Source of the DNA: Promethearchaeota archaeon
GTDB lineage: Archaea; Asgardarchaeota; Lokiarchaeia; Sigyniarchaeales; SOKP01
Assembly (NCBI GenBank): GCA_011364975.1
Contig: RDOE01000094.1
Span: forward strand, 1 to 11,102
Direction of reading: 5' to 3'
Length of the DNA stretch: 11,102 bases
How positions within the stretch are numbered: the stretch's first letter is position 1; every line of letters begins with the position of its first letter. The notes beneath the pieces are model-generated. The model worked only from the letters and a program-made list of their open reading frames with translations. It was not told where the DNA came from and did no database searches. This document shows positions 1-5,908 of this stretch, in pieces. A program made the translations under genes and the position numbers.

Positions 1-59
1 GACCCATTACTTCAGTAGGATTATGAGTCTGGTGCTATAACCAACTAAGCCACACCGGC
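1..59 (-). tRNA. tRNA-Met(CAU), probably elongator; 5' half plus start of a canonical (37/38) intron; truncated by the window edge
   Basis: Minus strand reads GCCGGTG-TG-GCTTAGTTGGTTATAGC-A-CCAGA-CT-CAT-A, then ATCCTACTGAAGTAATGGGTC, which cannot complete the CCAGA anticodon stem, so an intron begins after A37 (position 21 downward). Anticodon at 25-23. It lacks the GGG anticodon-stem signature of initiator tRNA. Ile2(CAU) is not fully excluded. Confidence 0.8.
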
Positions 60-72
60 TTTTAAATATAAT

Positions 73-174
73 AGCCCCTGGGGGGATTTGAACCCCCGAC
101 CTTTGCCTTACCAAGGCAACGCTCTTTACAGTCTAACTCAATAATATATTAGAAACCTGCTAAGCAACAAGGGC
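73..174 (-). tRNA. tRNA-Thr(GGU) with a 29-nt D-loop intron (126-154)
   Basis: Acceptor stem GCCCTTG/CAGGGGC, discriminator U, anticodon arm TTGCC-TT-GGT-AA-GGCAA, T arm GGGGG-TTCAAAT-CCCCC. Removing 126-154 restores the D arm GCTT-AGCAGGTA-GAGC and a 73-nt tRNA. No encoded CCA. Confidence 0.93.
126..154 (-). other. Non-canonical tRNA intron at position 20/21 with a bulge-helix-bulge motif
   Basis: Central 4-bp helix GCAG/CTGT, 3-nt bulges GT^T and AA^A, intron helix TCTAAT/GTTAGA, outer helix GCTT/GAGC. Confidence 0.88.
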
Positions 175-194
175 TTTATTATTTACTTTAAATG

Positions 195-204
195 TAATAA
201 ACTT
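195..204 (-). promoter_or_regulatory. Putative archaeal TATA box of the tRNA-Thr/tRNA-Met unit
   Basis: AAGTTTATTA on the minus strand, 21-30 nt upstream of the mature tRNA-Thr 5' end. The AT-rich background lowers specificity. Confidence 0.35.
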
Positions 205-420
205 AATTTATTCTAAATTAAAAATTTTTTTCTTCTCTTAAAAAATAACGCTATCAGTGTGAACCATAGCCATTTTTCAATTTGTTTAGACATTCGCCAT
301 TTTTAGGTAAAAAAAAGTATTCATACAATTTTATAAGACGGATTTCTTACTCAAATGAAATTAAATCTAAACAACATATTAAAATCAAATCATTAGATTA
401 AAGAATCAATATTACGTTTT

Positions 421-543
421 TTAATAATTCCCCTTTTTCAGATCACTCCAATGATAATCTAAATTACCTTCTTCCTTAACTTTTTCTTTTTTAAGCTTCT
501 CTAAATTGACCTTTCTCTTTTTTAAACGTCTTAGTTTTCTCAT
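421..543 (-). CDS. Possible 40-aa basic protein (MRKLRRLKKRKVNLEKLKKEKVKEEGNLDYHWSDLKKGNY)
   Basis: Translated by hand (below the ORF-track cutoff): ATG at 543-541, TAA at 423-421. It starts 12 nt after the carbonic anhydrase stop and is purine-rich on the coding strand like its neighbours. Confidence 0.4.
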   Translation of the reverse strand: MRKLRRLKKRKVNLEKLKKEKVKEEGNLDYHWSDLKKGNY

Positions 544-555
544 TATACCATCTAC

Positions 556-1491
556 TTATTCAGACTTATCATTTTTATATTTATCAATTTTTGGAATGTA
601 GATTTTTACTTTAGGAACATAGATTTTAGGTGTTTGAACTTTTGAAACCATCTTTATAGTTTTTTCGATCATTTCAGAATTTTTCTCCAAAATGGTTTGC
701 AATGCAACGTATTGATTTGTATCAACTTTTATATTTTCTTGGGATGTAATCTTTACAGTATCGGGAGAGCTCTTTAATTCGCTAGAATCCTCGGCTTTCC
801 AAGCCTTTGCAGCTGGCTTATTCTCTTGAATGCCAATTATTTCACTTTCAATTGATGTTATATAATCAATCAGTTTAAATTTTTTATTTTCGATTATCTT
901 CTTATAATCACGCATAAAGTTTTCATAAATAGAATATCGACTGAATTCAGAGTCTTGTAAGACCCATCCTGTAGAAGGATCATAAAGCATTCCTATAATC
1001 TTGACGTTTGCCGGAAAGAATTTTGTTTCTTGAAATTTTTCTACTTGATACATGATGTTTTTAATCTCATCGACAAACGTTTTAAAAAACTTCTGAAATT
1101 CAAGAAAAACATTTGTGCCTTGACTCATAATCATTTTCAAAGTAGTAATATTCAATTTATCCTTTAGCTTCATTAGGTTAACTTTTTTCATTCCACAATC
1201 TAAATGTCCTAAGATAATAATGAATCTCACATTATATTCATAAACTGCTATTAATGCTGATCTTAGAGTGTCTTTAGTATAGATATTTCCGGCATTTCTT
1301 AATACAAGCACATCTCCTGGACTTAATTGAAAAATCCGATGAATGTCAATTCTGGAATCCATACATGTTAGAAATAAAACTGGATACTTTGGGCCTTTTC
1401 CTTTAGTTTCAATAGATTCTAAATCTTGTTTTATTTTCCATTGGTATTGATTGTTTCCCTCTATTAATTTTTCCATTATATTATCGATCAT
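556..1491 (-). CDS. Beta-class carbonic anhydrase (cab-type-like) with a ~130-aa C-terminal extension
   Basis: C43-x-D45-S-R47 (TCMDSRID), RNAGN, H96-x-x-C99 (GHLDCG) and terminal G-x-x-YD-x-x-TG motif. GAGGT ribosome-binding site at 1503-1499. Confidence 0.92.
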   Translation of the reverse strand: MIDNIMEKLIEGNNQYQWKIKQDLESIETKGKGPKYPVLFLTCMDSRIDIHRIFQLSPGDVLVLRNAGNIYTKDTLRSALIAVYEYNVRFIIILGHLDCGMKKVNLMKLKDKLNITTLKMIMSQGTNVFLEFQKFFKTFVDEIKNIMYQVEKFQETKFFPANVKIIGMLYDPSTGWVLQDSEFSRYSIYENFMRDYKKIIENKKFKLIDYITSIESEIIGIQENKPAAKAWKAEDSSELKSSPDTVKITSQENIKVDTNQYVALQTILEKNSEMIEKTIKMVSKVQTPKIYVPKVKIYIPKIDKYKNDKSE

Positions 1492-1574
1492 GTTTTAAAC
1501 CTCTACGGACATAACATAAAAAATTTATATTAATTATTAAACTCCAAAAAAAAATTTTAAATTATTAATAAAAG

Positions 1575-2753
1575 TTATTTTTTGGCAAATGTAGAAATTA
1601 TTTCCCGCACCTTTGATTTATCGCCATCTCCAAGAAAATTTTTGATTTTATCAGAATATTCAGGAAGTAATTGTAAAAACGGAAGTATAGCTTTCGATAA
1701 CGCACCGAAAGCCTCATCACCATTTCCCATAATGAACATTTTGTCTGGACTTAAGTTCTTGAATATTTCAGGTAATATATTTGTTAACTGTACTGCTAAA
1801 AACCTTTGGTCTGCAGAACTCATAGCCTCAACTTGTTTCTGGAAACCTTCAGCTTGTGCTAACATTTGTTGCTTAATGCTTTCAGCTTCACCTTCAGCTT
1901 GTGCAATCAATCTCTTCTTGATTTGAGCAGCATCAGCATCAGCTTCAATTACCTTCTTTATTCTATCACCATCCGCCTCAATTTGCTTCCTTTCTCTTTC
2001 TTGTTCGGCAATAGCTATCTCTTTCTCTTTTCTACGTAATTCAATTTCTCGTTGGACGACTTGTTCTTGTATTCCAACTTCATTTTGAACTTCTAGTTCT
2101 CTTAATTGTGATTCTCTTTCTGCGTCTGCTTTTGCTAATCTTGCTTTTCTAAATTCAATCGCTTGCTTTACAGCTTCCATGTTTTTCTTGAGCTCTTGTT
2201 CTACGATAATTACTTCCAAGATTTCTATTGACTCAATTATAACACCCCAATCGGCAGAAAGTTCGTGCAAATCTTTCTCAACGTGATCTATAATTTCTCT
2301 TCTCTCTCTAATTATTTTTTCTAACGGCATATTCGCACAAGTTGTACGCATAATTGCTTCAGCAGCTCCTTTTAAAATCTTTTCAACATAGTTCTCATCT
2401 CTTGGATTCCAAGATACTGAACTAAATGCTTTTTCAGGGTCTATTACCTTCCAAATTAGAAGACCGACAATTTCTAAATTTTGATATTCATTCGAAACTA
2501 CTTGATCATGCGCTTCTATTTTAGTCTGTATACTTGTTGTTGGGATAACAATATATTCATCAATTAATGGTAATAACCAGATTCTCCCACCTAAACCAGC
2601 AGATTTCACTTTACCATTCCTCAAATGAATGACGAATTGGTTAGTTTTGAACTTTCTATACCGTGCGGCTAAGAAGATTATGAAAAGAAACGCGATTATA
2701 ACAATAGTAACTGTTACGCCGACTCCAACTGGATTAATCTCTTGAAATAACAT
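1575..2753 (-). CDS. Flotillin-like SPFH/band-7 membrane protein
   Basis: N-terminal TM helix followed by RYRKFK; SPFH core (AEAIMRTTCANMPLEKIIRER...WGVIIESIEILEV); long coiled coil with Ala/Glu repeats (EADADAA, QAEGEAE, QAEG). AGGAGG ribosome-binding site at 2769-2764. Confidence 0.92.
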   Translation of the reverse strand: MLFQEINPVGVGVTVTIVIIAFLFIIFLAARYRKFKTNQFVIHLRNGKVKSAGLGGRIWLLPLIDEYIVIPTTSIQTKIEAHDQVVSNEYQNLEIVGLLIWKVIDPEKAFSSVSWNPRDENYVEKILKGAAEAIMRTTCANMPLEKIIRERREIIDHVEKDLHELSADWGVIIESIEILEVIIVEQELKKNMEAVKQAIEFRKARLAKADAERESQLRELEVQNEVGIQEQVVQREIELRRKEKEIAIAEQERERKQIEADGDRIKKVIEADADAAQIKKRLIAQAEGEAESIKQQMLAQAEGFQKQVEAMSSADQRFLAVQLTNILPEIFKNLSPDKMFIMGNGDEAFGALSKAILPFLQLLPEYSDKIKNFLGDGDKSKVREIISTFAKK

Positions 2754-2799
2754 TTTTTTCTTTCCTCCTTTATTATTTTTAATTTTTTTCTATTTTTTT

Positions 2800-3669
2800 T
2801 TAATTTTTATTTAGATTTTTAAATTTTTTTCTTAAATTGTTGGTATTTCTCTCTACTAATAGATGTTTATTACTTACACCAACAATATATACTTTTTCCT
2901 CCCTCTCGAAAACCTCTTCCGGTTGGAAGGGCATTACATGTAATTTTTCATATTTCATAGGGTTATCTGATGCAACTTTAATAACCCCACCACGACTATC
3001 CACTTTTAATATTACTTCACCCTGTTTTCCAAGTAGATTTTGCGTGGAAGCAATTGGATAATGCGTTGATATTGCTATTTTTTTCCAAACTTTTGATATT
3101 AATTTAGTTGTTAAAATACCAGCAACGGGAGATAATATAAACATTAAAAATTTCAATTGTATTATATAATATGACGCTATTCCTGAAATCCCAAAAACTA
3201 GCAAACCAGATGATAACAATAGCATAAATGGAGCTGGTGTACTACTCTCTTGATATCGTGAATCTACTTGAAATTCTTTTGCAAGATCATGATCCACTTG
3301 CTCTAAATTATCTATATTATCATAATGGTCTAGATGATCAAGATGATCAACGTGATCAATGTGGTCCAGATGGTCTATATGGTCAACGTGATCAATGTGG
3401 TCCAGATGGTCTATATGGTCAATGTGATCAATGTGGTCCAGATGATCTATGTGGTCAATGTGATCAATGTGGTCCAGATGATCTATGTGGTCAACGTGAT
3501 CAATGTGGTCCAGATGGTCTATATGGTCAAGATGATCCACATGGTCAATATGGTCTGTACTTTGATCATGAACGGACATTTCAGCTAAAACAAATGAGAT
3601 TACGGACAATATTAAGCCTCCAATAAACAAGCCCAAACAAATGCTAAAAAAGATGTCATAAATATCCAT
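2800..3669 (-). CDS. NfeD/YqiJ/YuaF-like membrane protein with a His-Asp repeat tract
   Basis: TM1, (DH-hydrophobic)x26, two further TM segments, and a C-terminal NfeD-type OB-fold pattern (NLLGKQGEVILKVDSRGGVIKV...EKVYIVGVSNKHLLV). Lies directly upstream of an SPFH gene, the usual NfeD context. GAGGTGA site at 3686-3680. Confidence 0.85.
   Translation of the reverse strand: MDIYDIFFSICLGLFIGGLILSVISFVLAEMSVHDQSTDHIDHVDHLDHIDHLDHIDHVDHIDHLDHIDHIDHIDHLDHIDHIDHIDHLDHIDHVDHIDHLDHIDHVDHLDHLDHYDNIDNLEQVDHDLAKEFQVDSRYQESSTPAPFMLLLSSGLLVFGISGIASYYIIQLKFLMFILSPVAGILTTKLISKVWKKIAISTHYPIASTQNLLGKQGEVILKVDSRGGVIKVASDNPMKYEKLHVMPFQPEEVFEREEKVYIVGVSNKHLLVERNTNNLRKKFKNLNKN
3322..3555 (-). repeat. Coding 9-nt tandem repeat: 26 x Asp-His-(Ile/Leu/Val/Tyr)
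   Basis: Residues 39-116 of the 2800-3669 protein; 234 nt counted directly. Confidence 0.95.
3348..3527. repeat. Higher-order 36-bp tandem repeat x5 (types A-A-B-B-A on the + strand)
   Basis: A=CAACGTGATCAATGTGGTCCAGATGGTCTATATGGT at 3348, 3384 and 3492; B=CAATGTGATCAATGTGGTCCAGATGATCTATGTGGT at 3420 and 3456. No spacers. Confidence 0.93.
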
Positions 3670-3799
3670 GGTTATATTTTCACCTCAACCTAACTTTCTC
3701 AATTACATTATTTAAATGTTCTTTAGCTTTGGATAATTCAGATCGATTTAAATCTAAATCCTTTTTGTGATTTTGAAACATAATTTTTTTATCCACCCC

Positions 3800-3994
3800 T
3801 TATATAATAATACTAGTAAGTATCCAGACACTAAAGATTAACAATATAATAATCATAATATTAAACAACACTACACGAGTTAAAGAGCGTTTACGATGCA
3901 GCTTTTTTTGGTACTTTATTGAACGGATATCTTTCCCGTGAAAACATAATGGTTTAAAATACTTACTTTCCGTTCTACTTTCACTTTTACTCAT
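3800..3994 (-). CDS. Small basic protein with a C-terminal transmembrane helix (tail-anchored-like)
   Basis: 64 aa; starts 6 nt after the stop of 4001-4843; Lys/Arg-rich segment followed by hydrophobic VVLFNIMIIILLIFSVWILTSIII at the extreme C-terminus. Confidence 0.6.
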   Translation of the reverse strand: MSKSESRTESKYFKPLCFHGKDIRSIKYQKKLHRKRSLTRVVLFNIMIIILLIFSVWILTSIII

Positions 3995-4000
3995 TTTTAT

Positions 4001-4843
4001 TTATTCCCTCTTTTTATTGAATAACCTTTTATTATTATCAACCAAAACTTTATTTTCTCTAATCGCAACCACAAAAACCTTCGCTCCTCTATCAAATACA
4101 GATTCATCATCATATGGTTTAACATGCAATTTTTCAAATTTCATTGGAGTAGTAGATTCAATCCTTATTACACCTCCTCTCTTATCCACAGGTAAAATAA
4201 CTTCACCCTCAACTCCAAGCAGATTTTGGGTTGATGAAATTTTATAATATTCTGATTTTGCAATCTTTTTCCATGCTACATTTAGATATTTTGCTACAAA
4301 AAAGCCAATTAATGGTGAACCAATAAACATCAAAAATTTTAATCCTTCAATTGATATTAAATAGTAAAGGGATATCCCTGAAATGCCAAATACAAGCAAA
4401 AACGCTGATATCAGTAACATAATTGGAGCGGGGGTAGTTGAACTTCCGATTGCTTCCATATCTGTATCCACTTCCAAATCTGTGTCTACATCTATATCTG
4501 TATCTACATCAGCATCCACATCTACCTCCGCGTCCAAATCTACATCGACATCAGCTTCAACCGAGTCGAATTCCGCCCCCATGTCGTAGTCAACATCTAC
4601 ATCGACATCCGCATCAATGTCTACATCAACATCTGCATCTATATCTATATCAGCATCTACATCTATCTCAGCATCCAGATCTACATCCACATCGACATCC
4701 GCATCAATATCAACCTCAGTATCAACTTCTTGTCCTAAAGATTGGGATTCCATCTGTGCTAAAAAGACTGAAATTATTGAAAAAATGATCCCACCAATAA
4801 ACAACCCTAAACAAATACTAAAAAAAATATCATATACATCCAT
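4001..4843 (-). CDS. NfeD/YqiJ/YuaF-like membrane protein with an alternating acidic tract; paralog of 2800-3669
   Basis: Same architecture as 2800-3669; 24 of the first 31 residues identical; shared TPAP-x-MLL, LLVFGISGI, WKKIA, STQNLLG and EKLHV motifs. Confidence 0.85.
   Translation of the reverse strand: MDVYDIFFSICLGLFIGGIIFSIISVFLAQMESQSLGQEVDTEVDIDADVDVDVDLDAEIDVDADIDIDADVDVDIDADVDVDVDYDMGAEFDSVEADVDVDLDAEVDVDADVDTDIDVDTDLEVDTDMEAIGSSTTPAPIMLLISAFLLVFGISGISLYYLISIEGLKFLMFIGSPLIGFFVAKYLNVAWKKIAKSEYYKISSTQNLLGVEGEVILPVDKRGGVIRIESTTPMKFEKLHVKPYDDESVFDRGAKVFVVAIRENKVLVDNNKRLFNKKRE
4454..4729 (-). repeat. Degenerate dipeptide repeat (D/E-x)n, x mostly Val/Ile/Ala/Thr/Leu
   Basis: Residues 39-130: 45 acidic residues in 92, with no Lys, Arg or His. 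Confidence 0.93.
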
Positions 4844-4991
4844 AATTCATACAATTCTTTCTTTTTCTTTGAAAAATGGTAATTTCAAATTTCTTACTAA
4901 CAATATTGACTTTTTATTGAATATCTTTACCCTCTTTTTACTTTTTGTAAGTTATTAATCCCTTTTCTAAATTAAAAAAAATTTTATTAAA

Positions 4992-5546
4992 TTAAACCAA
5001 TTTTGTACCACAGTGAAAGCAATACATCGAGTCCTTATCCGTTCTTGTTCCACAATAAGGACAAAAACTCTTATCTATTACTTTTTCTTCTCTCGTTTTC
5101 TCTTCAATAATTTCAATTTGCCGAGAATAATTTATTTCAGGTTTATTTAATCGAGTTCCACAGTTTTGACAGAATGATGCCCCTTGAGTTATAGAAGCAC
5201 CACACTCTCTACAATAGCCTGATTGTGGCTTTATATTCGAACTCGCATTATTACTCTTAATTAAAGTGGGTTGAGATATACTGACTGTGGAAGTCTTTAC
5301 CATATAAGGATTTGTATGGTTATAATTTTGTTGGTAGTAATAATTCTCTGGTTTTCTTCTATTTTGTCTCGATCCTTGCGATGCAGCAACTGTAATTCCA
5401 ATAAATATAACAAAAATAATAATTACCGGAAATATCGGAAAAATGAAAAATATACGATTGAATCCAAAAAAGAAAAAAACCCCGAATAAGATCATCATTA
5501 TAAGGCCAATAAAACAGCCTATTCCTGAATTTCTACGTTGATACAT
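4992..5546 (-). CDS. Membrane-anchored protein with two zinc-ribbon domains
   Basis: Two N-terminal hydrophobic segments, an N/Q/Y/S-rich linker, CREC-x10-CQNC and CPYC-x10-CFHC. Confidence 0.85.
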   Translation of the reverse strand: MYQRRNSGIGCFIGLIMMILFGVFFFFGFNRIFFIFPIFPVIIIFVIFIGITVAASQGSRQNRRKPENYYYQQNYNHTNPYMVKTSTVSISQPTLIKSNNASSNIKPQSGYCRECGASITQGASFCQNCGTRLNKPEINYSRQIEIIEEKTREEKVIDKSFCPYCGTRTDKDSMYCFHCGTKLV

Positions 5547-5666
5547 CTTTTTATATTTTTATATTTACGAATATATTTTTTCTGATTATCATATATATAT
5601 GTAAATATTTAAAGGTTTCGTATATATTTTTCAGTTTACTGAAAATTAGGAAATTGATTTAAAGTT

Positions 5667-5685
5667 GTCATAGAATGTTTATGAC
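5667..5685. promoter_or_regulatory. Palindrome GTCATA-N7-TATGAC, candidate transcription-factor operator
   Basis: Perfect 6-bp inverted repeat containing G/C, within the very AT-rich divergent intergenic region 5547-5908. Confidence 0.4.
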
Positions 5686-5908
5686 TAAGCTATTTAAAGA
5701 TATTTAAAAATATAGAAAAATATATAAAGTTAAAATGATTTATTTTCACTTGACAAAAAGCACTGCATATTTTTGTATATATCTAATAATGAATATGTAT
5801 TGCTTAAAAATTAAATAAAAATAAGATGAATATTTATAAACAACAAATATGAATATAAAGATATATCAATTAATATATTTATATTGATTTGGTTTAGGAA
5901 TTATCGAG

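Noticed and set aside
213-293. 26-aa minus-strand ORF MSKQIEKWLWFTLIALFFKRRKKFLI
   Set aside because: Very short, no ribosome-binding site, and runs into the tRNA promoter region; compatible with chance in AT-rich DNA.
60-555. tRNA genes as an integration site for a genomic island
   Set aside because: No integrase, no duplicated tRNA 3' end and no evident compositional break in the window.
544-558. Possible stop-codon readthrough from carbonic anhydrase into the in-frame 40-aa ORF
   Set aside because: The stop is TAA rather than TGA/TAG, no recoding structure is evident, and same-frame adjacency occurs one time in three by chance.
1582-3061. Plus-strand ORFs 1582-1926 and 2837-3061
   Set aside because: Fully antisense to the flotillin and NfeD-like genes, with no recognisable motifs.
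3348-3527. 36-bp repeats resembling CRISPR repeat length
   Set aside because: Units are directly adjacent with no unique spacers, lie in frame inside a CDS, and no cas genes are present.
3228-3626. Plus-strand ORFs with repeated DQCGPDGLYGQ (3228-3626) and VINVVQM (3334-3588) motifs
   Set aside because: Antisense shadows of the DHx repeat, which lacks stops in these frames. The minus-strand frame has a ribosome-binding site and a clear paralog.
4017-4958. Plus-strand ORFs 4017-4247, 4383-4589, 4438-4788 and 4617-4958 (Ser/Thr-rich or His/Pro/Leu-rich)
   Set aside because: Antisense translations of the acidic NfeD-like gene and its repeat.
5271-5489. 72-aa plus-strand ORF
   Set aside because: Antisense to the zinc-ribbon membrane protein gene.
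5590-5601. Palindrome CATATATATATG
   Set aside because: A simple (AT)n run, self-complementary by nature; not informative in this AT-rich spacer.
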